Source: an uncultured Alphaproteobacteria bacterium
GTDB taxonomy: Bacteria > Pseudomonadota > Alphaproteobacteria > HIMB59 > GCA-002718135
NCBI GenBank assembly: GCA_902623545.1
Contig: CACNUI010000005.1
Span: 12,622 to 76,621, forward strand
DNA: 64,000 nt
Reading direction: 5' to 3'
How positions within the stretch are numbered: position 1 is the first letter of the stretch; every line of letters begins with the position of its first letter. Below are positions 19,688 to 29,489 of the stretch, one piece after another. The notes beneath the pieces were generated by a model. It was not told the DNA's origin. It was given only the letters and a program-made list of their open reading frames with translations, and did not search any database. Both the position numbers and the translations under genes were made by a program.

Positions 19688-21161
19688 AAATTATATTAAT
19701 GGCAATATAATCACCACTTCAAAAGATTTTCTTCCAATCTTTGATCCCTCTAAAGGTGAAAAAATAGGTGAGGTTGTCAATTCAAATAGTCATGATTTTG
19801 ATGATGTAATTAAAAGTTCAGAAAATGCTTTTAATGAATGGTCAAGGTATACTCCACTAAAACGCTCTAGAGTTTTATCGAAATATAAAGAAATTATAGA
19901 AAAAAATATTACTGAACTTGCCAAAACAATATCTGAAGAGCATGGTAAAACATTAGATGATGCAAAAGGATCAGTTATAAGAGGGCTAGAAGTCGTAGAA
20001 TTTGCATGTGGAATTCCACATTTATTAAAAGGTGAATTTTCGCAAAATGTAGGGACGGATATAGATTCATGGTCAATTAGACAGCCATTAGGTATTACCG
20101 CAGGTATTACACCATTTAATTTTCCTGCTATGGTACCAATGTGGATGTACCCTTTATCTATTGCATGTGGCAACTCATTTATTTTAAAACCTTCAGAAAA
20201 AGATCCTTCATGTAGTTTAAAGCTAGCTGAATTTTTTTCTGATGCAGGACTTCCAGATGGTGTTTTTAATGTAATAAATGGTGATAAACATGTTGTAAAT
20301 AAGATATTAGAAAATGAAAAAATATCATCTATAAGTTTTGTTGGCTCGACTCCCGTAGCAAAGTATATTTATGAAACGTCATCTAAATTTGGCAAACGTG
20401 TCCAAGCCCTTGGAGGTGCTAAAAATCATCTTATAGTTATGCCAGATGCAAATTTAGATCAAGCTGTAGATGGAATAATGGGTGCAGCTTTTGGTTCAGC
20501 AGGAGAACGTTGCATGGCTGTTTCTGTTGCTGTTGCAGTTGGCGATATTGGAGATAAATTAGTAGATCAAATAAATGACAAGGCACAATCACTTAAAGTT
20601 GCTCCATGGACAGATGATCAAGCTCAAATGGGCCCTGTTATATCTAAAGAACATAAAGATAAAATAGAATCCTATATAGACTCTGGCGTAAATGAAGGTG
20701 CAAAATTAATTTTAGATGGAAGAAATTTAAAAATACAAGGTTATGAAAATGGTTATTTTGTTGGACCAACAATATTTGATAGTGTTACAAAAGAAATGCA
20801 AATTTATAAAAATGAAATTTTTGGACCAGTTTTATCAGTAGTCAGAGCATCAAATTATGAAGAAGCTTTAGATTTAGTTAATGAACATCAATTTGGGAAT
20901 GGCACAAGTATATACACTTCAGACGGTGAGATTTCTAGAAACTTTACTACAAATTCTAAAATAGGTATGGTTGGTGTTAATGTACCTATCCCTGTCCCAA
21001 TGGCATTTCATAGTTTTGGAGGATGGAAACAATCACTATTTGGTGATCATGCAATGCATGGGATTGAGGGAATTAGATTTTACACAAAATTGAAAACAAT
21101 CACATCTAGATGGCCAAATAGTATAGTAAAAGGTCCAGAATTTAAAATGCCCACTAATTAA
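19674..21161 (+). CDS. mmsA: Methylmalonate-semialdehyde / malonate-semialdehyde dehydrogenase (CoA-acylating)
   Basis: 495 aa. MSDH-specific LGGAKNH (in place of ELGGK), GERCMA catalytic Cys and FGGWKQSLFGD...FYT near the C-terminus. Confidence 0.85.
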   Translation: MKKIKNYINGNIITTSKDFLPIFDPSKGEKIGEVVNSNSHDFDDVIKSSENAFNEWSRYTPLKRSRVLSKYKEIIEKNITELAKTISEEHGKTLDDAKGSVIRGLEVVEFACGIPHLLKGEFSQNVGTDIDSWSIRQPLGITAGITPFNFPAMVPMWMYPLSIACGNSFILKPSEKDPSCSLKLAEFFSDAGLPDGVFNVINGDKHVVNKILENEKISSISFVGSTPVAKYIYETSSKFGKRVQALGGAKNHLIVMPDANLDQAVDGIMGAAFGSAGERCMAVSVAVAVGDIGDKLVDQINDKAQSLKVAPWTDDQAQMGPVISKEHKDKIESYIDSGVNEGAKLILDGRNLKIQGYENGYFVGPTIFDSVTKEMQIYKNEIFGPVLSVVRASNYEEALDLVNEHQFGNGTSIYTSDGEISRNFTTNSKIGMVGVNVPIPVPMAFHSFGGWKQSLFGDHAMHGIEGIRFYTKLKTITSRWPNSIVKGPEFKMPTN

Positions 21162-22120
21162 TGACCATCTTAATTACTGGATGTGCTGGTTTTATAGGTT
21201 TTCATTTATCTAGTGAGCTCGTTAGTAAATACAAAATTGTTGGAATTGATAATTTAAACAACTATTATGATCCAGAACTCAAAAAAAATCGGTTAAAAAT
21301 ATTAAAAAATAAGAGAAACTTTTCTTTTTATAAAATTGACTTATTAAATTATAAAAAAATTAATCAAATAATTAAAAAAAATAAAATCAAACACATAATT
21401 CATTTAGCAGCCCAAGCAGGTGTGCGACATTCGATTAATAATCCAGGTGCTTATTTTAAAAGTAATATTGAAGGATTTTTCAATATACTAGAATTGAGTA
21501 AAGTGAATAAAATAAAACATTTAGTTTTTGCATCAACCAGTTCGGTATACGGTGATAATAAAAATTTCCCTCTTAAAGAAAATTCAAATACTGATACTCC
21601 GTTATCATTCTATGCAGCATCAAAGAAAAGTAATGAAGTTATGGCTTATTCTTATTCAAATATTTATAAAATTCCTTGTACAGCTGTAAGATTTTTTACA
21701 GTATATGGTCCATTTGGTAGACCAGATATGTCCTTATTTAAATTTACAAATAAAATAATAAAAAATCAATATATAAACCTTTACAATAGAGGTAATCACG
21801 AAAGAGATTTTACATACATAGATGATATAGTTGATGGAATAGCTGGTGTTGTAAATAAAATTCCAAAAAATAAAATTCCCTTTAAAGTATATAATATTGG
21901 TAATGGCAAACCAAGGAAACTAATAGATTATTTAAATATAATTGAAAAATTTTTAAATAAAAAATCAAAAGTTAAAAAATTGCCATTACAAGCTGGTGAT
22001 ATTGTGAAAACTCATGCGGATGTAAGCTTATTAAAAAAAGATATCGGTTATAAACCAAAAACTAGTATAGAGCAGGGGATTAAAAAATTTTTAGATTGGT
22101 ACGTTGAGTATTTTAAATAG
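21161..22120 (+). CDS. NAD-dependent epimerase, UDP-glucuronate 4-epimerase-like
   Basis: 319 aa. ITGCAGFIGFHL, IDNLNNYYDPELKKNRL, ASTSSVYG, YAASKKSNE and VRFFTVYGPFGRPDM. Confidence 0.7.
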   Translation: MTILITGCAGFIGFHLSSELVSKYKIVGIDNLNNYYDPELKKNRLKILKNKRNFSFYKIDLLNYKKINQIIKKNKIKHIIHLAAQAGVRHSINNPGAYFKSNIEGFFNILELSKVNKIKHLVFASTSSVYGDNKNFPLKENSNTDTPLSFYAASKKSNEVMAYSYSNIYKIPCTAVRFFTVYGPFGRPDMSLFKFTNKIIKNQYINLYNRGNHERDFTYIDDIVDGIAGVVNKIPKNKIPFKVYNIGNGKPRKLIDYLNIIEKFLNKKSKVKKLPLQAGDIVKTHADVSLLKKDIGYKPKTSIEQGIKKFLDWYVEYFK

Positions 22121-22123
22121 AAA

Positions 22124-23371
22124 TTAAACTATTTTTAGAGCCTCTATAACCCTATCAGTATCATTAATATTATTATAATGTGTCATACTTAATCTAACAA
22201 CACCGTCATTTGTATCAATTCCCAGATGCTCAAGGCATCTCCACGCATAAAAATTATCATTTCTTGTAGCAATTTTGTTTTGTACCAATATTTCTGACAA
22301 TTTTTTTGAAGTAATTTTATTTGAAATAAATGCGATAGTTGGAGCTCTATTCTTATTTTGAATCTTATCTTTGCCTATAAGTTTAAAATCTTCCCTTTTC
22401 GAAATATAATCTAGGATTGGATTAGCAATTATTTCCTCATGCTTAGAAATTAAATTATTTATTTTTTTTATTTTATTTATAGTAATATTCTCTTTATCTT
22501 GAAAATGGTGATTATATAAGTTGTCAAAATATTCATTAATTCCAATTAATGATACTAGTTCCTCATGGTTTGGGCCTCCAGGATTAATAGTATATGGATA
22601 TTTTCCTTGGAGAAACTCATGATTTTGATTTGGTAATTCTTTTAAAATTTCTTCTTTACCGTAAAGTAATGCTAAATGTGGCCCATAAGTTTTGTATAAA
22701 CTGAAAGTATAAAAATCAACATCTAAATCTTTAACATCTGGAAATCCATGTGGTGCATATGAAACTCCATCACCAATAACAATTATATTATTTTTATGAG
22801 CTATCTCAGAAATTTTTTTTAAATTATTTACTGAACCAACTATATTAGAGCAGTGAGTAACAGCTATAATTTTTGTTTTGCTTGAAATTAAATTTTCTAA
22901 ATCTGAAATTTTTAATTCATGGTCATCTAAATTAAATTGCCATTCAATTATTTTTGCACCAATTTCACTTAATCTTCTCCATGGACTAATATTAGCTTCA
23001 TGATCTTGATTTGTTACTATAATTTCATCACCAGGACTTAAATTTTTTTTCAATGCATTTGAAAGCACATAAAGGTTTATTGATGTAGAACCTCCAATTA
23101 TAATCTCATTTTCTTTAGCATTAATAATATCAGCAAAAATTCTTGTAGCTTTATCCATATTATTTCCAGCAACTTTAGACATAGTGTACTCAGCGTACGG
23201 TTGTACTTTTGTAGAAATCATAAATTCAGATAATTTATTAATTACATTAATTGGAACATAGCTTCCCCCAGCATTTTCAAAAAAAGACCAATCTTTTGAA
23301 AGAGGATCTTTAAATGCTGGAAATTGTGATCTTACATATTCTACGTCGAGTTTAATATTTGCTAATGTCAA
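22124..23371 (-). CDS. Class V PLP-dependent enzyme (cysteine desulfurase-like / C-S lyase-like fold)
   Basis: 415 aa. FENAGGSYVP N-terminal motif, HCSNIVG, and FSLYKTYGPH (PLP Lys). Confidence 0.65.
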   Translation of the reverse strand: MTLANIKLDVEYVRSQFPAFKDPLSKDWSFFENAGGSYVPINVINKLSEFMISTKVQPYAEYTMSKVAGNNMDKATRIFADIINAKENEIIIGGSTSINLYVLSNALKKNLSPGDEIIVTNQDHEANISPWRRLSEIGAKIIEWQFNLDDHELKISDLENLISSKTKIIAVTHCSNIVGSVNNLKKISEIAHKNNIIVIGDGVSYAPHGFPDVKDLDVDFYTFSLYKTYGPHLALLYGKEEILKELPNQNHEFLQGKYPYTINPGGPNHEELVSLIGINEYFDNLYNHHFQDKENITINKIKKINNLISKHEEIIANPILDYISKREDFKLIGKDKIQNKNRAPTIAFISNKITSKKLSEILVQNKIATRNDNFYAWRCLEHLGIDTNDGVVRLSMTHYNNINDTDRVIEALKIV

Positions 23372-23439
23372 TTTTACCTCTTATTGTATATTGTTTTATT
23401 CTAATATAAAAAAAAATTAAATAAATAATTTATAAATAT

Positions 23440-24870
23440 ATGATTGATAAACGTAAATTTTATATAAATGGTAGATGGGTAAATCCAATAAAAAAAAATG
23501 ACCTAGAAGTAATTAATCCATCTAATGAAAATGCTTATGCGGTTATTTCATTGGGGACCAAAGATGATGTAGATTTAGCTGTAAGACATGCTAAAAATGC
23601 TTTTTTAAGTTGGAGTAGAATTGACAAAAAAACTAAAGTTTTTTTACTAGAAAAATTATTACAAATTTATAATCGAAGATGGGATGAAATCGCCCAAACT
23701 ATGTCTGATGAAATGGGGGCCCCTCTTGATTGGTCATCATCAGCTCAAACCGCATCAGGAGCAGATCACATAAATGATTTTATAAAACGTTTAAAAGAAT
23801 TTGATTTTGAAAAAAAATTTGAAAATAACTCTAATAATTTTATAGTTTATGAGCCTATAGGAGTGTGTGGTTTAATTACTCCTTGGAATTGGCCCATTAA
23901 TCAAATTACTTTAAAAGTAATTCCAGCCTTAGCTTCTGGTTGTACAATGATTTTAAAACCCTCAGAAATTGCACCATTATCCGGAATGCTTTTTGCCGAA
24001 ATAATTGATGAAGCAGGTTTCCCTTCAGGCGTATTTAATTTAATTAATGGAGATGGAGACGGAGTAGGTTGTGATTTATCTTCTCATAATGATATCGATA
24101 TGATTTCCTTCACTGGATCAACAAGAGCTGGTAAACTAATTTCTAAAAATGCTGCAGATACAATTAAAAGAGTTTGTTTAGAATTGGGTGGTAAAGGTGG
24201 TAATATTATCTTTGCTGACGCACATCCTGATGCTGTTAGAGAAGGCGTTAGAAATATAATGAGTAATTCTGGACAATCTTGTGATGCTCCAACTCGGATG
24301 TTAGTTGAAAAATCAATTTATAAAAAAGCAATAAAAGAAGCTTCAGAAGAAGCTAATAAAATTAAAGTTGATTTAGCCTCAAAAAAAGGAGATCATATCG
24401 GTCCTGTAATTTCTAAGAAGCAATATAATAAAATTATAGATCTGATTAAGAGTGGTATAGAAGAAGGAGCAAGTCTTGTTGCTGGAGGTCCAGAAAAACC
24501 ATCAGGATTAAAAAATGGATATTTTATTAAACCAACAATATTTACAGACGTTTCAAACAATATGCGAATAGCAAAAGAAGAAATTTTTGGCCCTGTTCTA
24601 TCAATAATTCCATTTGAAAATGAAGATGATGCAATTTCTATTGTTAATGATACAACATATGGTTTAGGAAATTATGTTCAAACTCAAGATAAAGATAGAG
24701 CAAAAAGGGTGGCAAGAAAATTTAGATCAGGAGGGGTATACATTAATGGTAACAGTGCTGAACCAGGCACGCCATTTGGAGGTTATCGACAATCAGGTAA
24801 TGGTAGAGAAGGTGGTAATTGGGGTTTAGAAGAATATCTTGAAGTTAAAACAATATGTGGATGGGATTAA
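23440..24870 (+). CDS. NAD(P)-dependent aldehyde dehydrogenase
   Basis: 476 aa. ITPWNWP, LELGGKGG and GQSCDAPTR catalytic Cys context, EEIFGPV. Confidence 0.85.
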   Translation: MIDKRKFYINGRWVNPIKKNDLEVINPSNENAYAVISLGTKDDVDLAVRHAKNAFLSWSRIDKKTKVFLLEKLLQIYNRRWDEIAQTMSDEMGAPLDWSSSAQTASGADHINDFIKRLKEFDFEKKFENNSNNFIVYEPIGVCGLITPWNWPINQITLKVIPALASGCTMILKPSEIAPLSGMLFAEIIDEAGFPSGVFNLINGDGDGVGCDLSSHNDIDMISFTGSTRAGKLISKNAADTIKRVCLELGGKGGNIIFADAHPDAVREGVRNIMSNSGQSCDAPTRMLVEKSIYKKAIKEASEEANKIKVDLASKKGDHIGPVISKKQYNKIIDLIKSGIEEGASLVAGGPEKPSGLKNGYFIKPTIFTDVSNNMRIAKEEIFGPVLSIIPFENEDDAISIVNDTTYGLGNYVQTQDKDRAKRVARKFRSGGVYINGNSAEPGTPFGGYRQSGNGREGGNWGLEEYLEVKTICGWD

Positions 24871-24871
24871 A

Positions 24872-26032
24872 TTAAATTTTAAGTTTATTGAAATAATTTA
24901 ATCTAGCTATAATTTCATCTCTTTCAATATAATACCCTTGTAGATGTCTATTTCCTGAATTTGGGTCAAATTCTGTTCTGCCATGTAATACCCTTCTGTT
25001 GTTAAAGCAAAATATATCTCCAGCTTCTAATCTAAAATCAATTTTAAATTTATTATTTTGTAAAAGTGATGCAAAATATTGATAAGCATCATAAAATCTC
25101 TTCATTTTTTTTGGGTCAACATCAATAGTTCCCATTGCTGCCATGCTAAATCTAACATCATTAAAATCATTTTCTCTTGTAAGTGTAATAATTGGTGAAT
25201 GCAGAACTCTAATTGATTTTTGAGTATAATCTGTGTCTTTGAATTTCACGTATGTTCTTGTTAGTAATTTATAAACATCCTTTTCATTTTTTTTTAAGTA
25301 ATTAGCTACAGCAAATCCATCGACAACAGAAGAATTACCACCCGATGCATTATTGACTAGACAATGCAAAAATTGATATCCTGGAGCATACTCAAAATAT
25401 GGTAAATCTGTATGATTCCTAAGCGCTTGAGCTGTATAAGCTGTATTATTTGGTTTTGGTATATTTATTACCTCGAAAGGAGTTCCAAAAAAAGTTTCTC
25501 TATGGTGACTAATTCTATTTAGTACCCTAAAACCAGATTTTTTTTTAGTAGGTGAATTTTTTACAATTGCAAAACCATATGAGTGAAGAAGTTCTAGCCA
25601 TTTTTTTAAATGTTTATCATTTTTAATAATTTTATCATGATTTAAAATAATCTTGCTAAAGTTTTTTTTTAGATTACCATTCCAAAATTTATATGGTGAT
25701 TTATATTTCTGTTTATTTATTTCGGTATAGCAGTGATCCCTTAACCACTTTAATCTAAAATTACTTTTATGATTGCCCTCACTCCAATCAATATTTAAAT
25801 TATTTTTCTTTATATTAATTTTTTTTGGAAATATATTTTTACTTACATTCAAAATATTAAATACTCTCATATTAGCTGTAGGATGTATTGCAGTTGGACA
25901 ATTATCTCTTAACCATAAAAAATGAAATTTACTTTTAAAATTATCATTCCAACTAATACTTAAATAATCTTTTTTCTTTTCAATTTTTTTTACAGTATAT
26001 TTATTGCTCATGCTAAAATATTTATATCTCAA
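24872..26032 (-). CDS. Fe(II)/2-oxoglutarate dioxygenase of the gamma-butyrobetaine hydroxylase / trimethyllysine hydroxylase / TmpA type
   Basis: 386 aa. Two N-terminal W-LRD-C repeats (FLWLRDNC, LKWLRDHC). HTDLPYFEYAPGYQFLHCL...GGNSSVVDGF and FNNRRVLHGR align with my recollection of BBOX1. Confidence 0.8.
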   Translation of the reverse strand: MRYKYFSMSNKYTVKKIEKKKDYLSISWNDNFKSKFHFLWLRDNCPTAIHPTANMRVFNILNVSKNIFPKKINIKKNNLNIDWSEGNHKSNFRLKWLRDHCYTEINKQKYKSPYKFWNGNLKKNFSKIILNHDKIIKNDKHLKKWLELLHSYGFAIVKNSPTKKKSGFRVLNRISHHRETFFGTPFEVINIPKPNNTAYTAQALRNHTDLPYFEYAPGYQFLHCLVNNASGGNSSVVDGFAVANYLKKNEKDVYKLLTRTYVKFKDTDYTQKSIRVLHSPIITLTRENDFNDVRFSMAAMGTIDVDPKKMKRFYDAYQYFASLLQNNKFKIDFRLEAGDIFCFNNRRVLHGRTEFDPNSGNRHLQGYYIERDEIIARLNYFNKLKI

Positions 26033-26061
26033 TATAAGAACTTAGTATATTGAATTAAGAA

Positions 26062-26922
26062 ATGAAATCAAAAAATAATAATCTTCTTGGTATCTCATTT
26101 ATGATATTCTCTATGTTCTGTCTTAGTGTAAATGATATGACTTATAAATACTTAAGTTTTCATTTCCCAGTTTGGGAGTCAATTTTTTTTCGAGCTTTAA
26201 GTGGGAGCATTATTGCTCTGTTTCTAGCAATGTATTTTGGATTTGATAAATTAAAAACAAAAAAACCTATTGGTCACGCAATAAGAGCTTTTTCAGCCTC
26301 AGGCTGTGTTGTGTTTTATATATATGGAATAAATAATTTAATGCTATCTGAAAACATTGCAATAGCCCATTCTGCTCCAATAATTGCAGCTTTTCTTGCA
26401 GTTCCGATATTAGGTGAAAGAATTGGTATATTGCGAACTTCAGCTATATTAATTGGTTTTATTGGTGTGCTAATTATTGTTAAGCCAGGCACTGATTTAT
26501 TTAAATTAGAATCATTATATCCATTAATATCAGCTTGTTTTATGGCATCGGTATATTTATCTACAAGGTCTGTAATGAGCACAGATTCAAGTGTTGCAAT
26601 TATATTTTACTATTCATTTGCATTACTAATTACTTCTTTAATTTTTTTTCCTAGTGAATTTATTATGCCAAATTTGATTCAATTAATATTTGCAATGAGT
26701 TTGGGTGTAATGGGATCAATTGGACACTTTTTTATGTCTCAGGCTGCAAAAAATGCAGATGTTGCAGTTACTTCTCCATTTGAATATTCTTCTTTCATTT
26801 TTGTAGGATTAATGGGATTTTTAATTTTTGCTGAGATACCAACTTACAGTATTTATTTTGGAGGTTTTATAATTATATCAAGTGGAATATTTATTGCTTA
26901 TAGAGAAAGGAAAAATAATTAA
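26062..26922 (+). CDS. EamA/DMT-superfamily transporter
   Basis: 286 aa, about 10 TM segments arranged as two EamA-like halves. Confidence 0.75.
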   Translation: MKSKNNNLLGISFMIFSMFCLSVNDMTYKYLSFHFPVWESIFFRALSGSIIALFLAMYFGFDKLKTKKPIGHAIRAFSASGCVVFYIYGINNLMLSENIAIAHSAPIIAAFLAVPILGERIGILRTSAILIGFIGVLIIVKPGTDLFKLESLYPLISACFMASVYLSTRSVMSTDSSVAIIFYYSFALLITSLIFFPSEFIMPNLIQLIFAMSLGVMGSIGHFFMSQAAKNADVAVTSPFEYSSFIFVGLMGFLIFAEIPTYSIYFGGFIIISSGIFIAYRERKNN

Positions 26923-26926
26923 ATCT

Positions 26927-27745
26927 CTACTTAAATATTGCTTTCATTGTTAATATATTTTCATGATTTAAAACTAATCCGACTATCTCGTTTTTATTAT
27001 TTTTACCCAATTGTACTTTAAATGTTTTATTTGAAATTAATGGAAATGTTGCTCTATATTCAAAAGAATTGAATTTAATGTTATTCTTTTTAGCAATATT
27101 TAATAAATAAGTAGCTTGTAATGGTGCATGCACTAATAACCCAGAATGTCCTTCTTCTGTTTTTGTATAGTCAATATCATAATGTATTTTATGACCATTA
27201 AAAGTAAGTGCCGAATATCTAAATAGCAGTGTGCTTGATCCAAATATATTAAACTCATCTATGACTTTAATACTCTCAAAGTTTTTATTAATTATTAAAT
27301 TTTTGTTAATTCTTTCTCTATACACAGCTGTTTGTTTTTCTTTGACAATTATTTTATTTTCTAATTTGTAATCATGATTAATTGTTACAAAACATAAATT
27401 GCCAGACTTTCCCTTTTTAAATTCAATATTTTCTATTTTTGATACTTTTTTAATTTCAAACCCAATTTTGAATTGATCATAAATTTCAAATTTACCACCA
27501 GCCCACATTCTTATTTTATATGGAAGATCTGGTAAAAATATTCCTAATTTAGAATTACCATCTTTACTAAGATTATTTGAATTTACAACATCGGGACAAA
27601 GACATAAGAAAAGACCCTCAGGGATTCCACCATTTGCTAAGATGTTTGGTTCAAGAGTTTTTTTCAAGTGATCAACTAGCCTTGGTGTAATTATATCACT
27701 TCTTGAAATTTCTTTACCTATCCATTCTTTAAAGTTATCCATCAT
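26927..27745 (-). CDS. Hot-dog-fold dehydratase (HTD2 / MaoC-N-terminal-like; mesaconyl- or itaconyl-CoA hydratase-like)
   Basis: 272 aa. RMWAGG motif and LFRYSALTFNGHKIHYD in the C-terminal half. Confidence 0.5.
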   Translation of the reverse strand: MMDNFKEWIGKEISRSDIITPRLVDHLKKTLEPNILANGGIPEGLFLCLCPDVVNSNNLSKDGNSKLGIFLPDLPYKIRMWAGGKFEIYDQFKIGFEIKKVSKIENIEFKKGKSGNLCFVTINHDYKLENKIIVKEKQTAVYRERINKNLIINKNFESIKVIDEFNIFGSSTLLFRYSALTFNGHKIHYDIDYTKTEEGHSGLLVHAPLQATYLLNIAKKNNIKFNSFEYRATFPLISNKTFKVQLGKNNKNEIVGLVLNHENILTMKAIFK

Positions 27746-27802
27746 TAAAACACTCGAGTTTACTTATAAATTAATTATTAGTATAATTTAAATAAAGAAA
27801 AA

Positions 27803-29440
27803 ATGAAAAAAACATTTGATTATATAATCGCTGGTGGAGGCTCTGCTGGATGTACTCTAGCTTCAAGATTGTGTGAAAATAAAGATATAAAAGTCTTACT
27901 AATAGAAGCTGGTGGATCTGGTAAAAGCTTATTTACTCAAATGCCTGGAGGAAATGGATATATATTTGGAAATCCTAAATTTGATTGGGGTTTCGAGTCA
28001 ATACCACAACCTTCTTTAAATAATAGAAAAATTTTATATCCTAGAGGTAAGGGATTAGGAGGATCCTCTCTTTTAAACGGAATGATTTACATGAGAGGTG
28101 CCCCAGGTGATTTTAACAGATGGAGACAAAAGGGTTTAGAAGGTTGGTCGTATAATGATGTATTACCATATTTCAAAAGATCTGCTTCAGCTTTTCATAG
28201 AGATAAAAATGAATATCACTCACATTCAGGCCCCTTAAAACTTACGCCAGCTGGTAATTATAATGCTATTGATAAAGCATTTATTGATGCATGTGTTGAA
28301 GCAGGTGCAAAAGTTAACACTGATTTTTATAATGGTAATCTAAACGGAGTTGGTAGATATGACGTTAAAGTATGGAATGGAAAAAGACAATCTTCTGCTG
28401 AAGCTTATTTGAAATTTAAACCTAATAATTTAACAATTTATAAAAATACATCTGTTATAAAAATTTTAATTGAAAACAATAAAGCTAAAGGACTGTTTTT
28501 ATCAAATGGTAAAGTCTATGCTTCATCAGAGGTAATATTATCTTTAGGCGCATTTGGTAGTCCCAAATGCTTGATGCTATCAGGAATTGGCCCAGAAGAA
28601 CATTTAAAAGAAAAAAACATAGATTTATTAATGAATTTACCAGGAGTAGGTGAAAATCTTCATGATCATCCTGTTATGCCAATGAATTGGGGTTTTCAAA
28701 ATGACAGTTTAAGTTTCTCAAAATATCAAAGGATCGATAGAGCTATTATTGTGGGATTAAAATATATTTTATTTAAACAAGGATTAGCCGCTGCACCTTT
28801 TTGGTCATCAAATTTATTTCATGCAATAAGAGAAAAAGATATGCCTGAAATACAAGTATTCATGACACCTATGTGTTTTAAAGAAGAAAAAGATAACTGG
28901 TCTTTGAATTTAGATAATTTATTAAATTTTGGTTCATTATTTTTTTCTAGAGGTAAAAAAGCTTTTCCAGGATTACATTTTCAAATTAATTTATTAAGAC
29001 CAAAGAGCACAGGAAGTGTAAAACTCAAAAGCTCAAATCCTAATGATGAACTTAATATAAATCCAAATTGGTTTGTTGATCCATCTGATATGGATGACAT
29101 GATAGAAGGAATGAAGCATACAAGAGAAGTATTATCAAAACCCAGTTTAGCTAAAATTGTTTCGGAAGAAATACTTCCCGGAAAAAAAATCAAAAGTGAT
29201 CAAGATTTAAAAGAGTCAGTTCGAAATCATGTACAAACCGGTCATCATCCTGCATCTACTTGTGCAATGGGTTCAAGTAATAACAAAATGGCTGTCCTTG
29301 ATAGTCAGCTTAAAGTTAGGGGAATAGATAATCTGAGAGTAGTAGATGCTTCTTCTTTCCCGGATATGATAAGTGGAAATATAAATGCATCTGTAATTAT
29401 GTTAGCAGAAAAAGCATCAGATATGATATTAAAAAATTAA
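27803..29440 (+). CDS. GMC-family FAD oxidoreductase (choline dehydrogenase-like)
   Basis: 545 aa. FDYIIAGGGSAGCTLASRL, PRGKGLGGSSLLNGM, a C-terminal active-site His region (HHPASTC) and VVDASSFP. Confidence 0.8.
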   Translation: MKKTFDYIIAGGGSAGCTLASRLCENKDIKVLLIEAGGSGKSLFTQMPGGNGYIFGNPKFDWGFESIPQPSLNNRKILYPRGKGLGGSSLLNGMIYMRGAPGDFNRWRQKGLEGWSYNDVLPYFKRSASAFHRDKNEYHSHSGPLKLTPAGNYNAIDKAFIDACVEAGAKVNTDFYNGNLNGVGRYDVKVWNGKRQSSAEAYLKFKPNNLTIYKNTSVIKILIENNKAKGLFLSNGKVYASSEVILSLGAFGSPKCLMLSGIGPEEHLKEKNIDLLMNLPGVGENLHDHPVMPMNWGFQNDSLSFSKYQRIDRAIIVGLKYILFKQGLAAAPFWSSNLFHAIREKDMPEIQVFMTPMCFKEEKDNWSLNLDNLLNFGSLFFSRGKKAFPGLHFQINLLRPKSTGSVKLKSSNPNDELNINPNWFVDPSDMDDMIEGMKHTREVLSKPSLAKIVSEEILPGKKIKSDQDLKESVRNHVQTGHHPASTCAMGSSNNKMAVLDSQLKVRGIDNLRVVDASSFPDMISGNINASVIMLAEKASDMILKN

Positions 29441-29489
29441 TTAATCACAAAAAAGTTGACCAATGAAAATATTTAAGTTTAAATAAATT

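Noticed and set aside
22124-24870. Reading the class V PLP enzyme plus ALDH pair as PhnW/PhnY of 2-aminoethylphosphonate catabolism.
   Set aside because: The PLP enzyme has the NifS/SufS-like N-terminus (FENAGGSYVP) rather than the AGXT/PhnW-type one. The two genes are divergent, and no phosphonoacetate hydrolase or phosphonatase is present.
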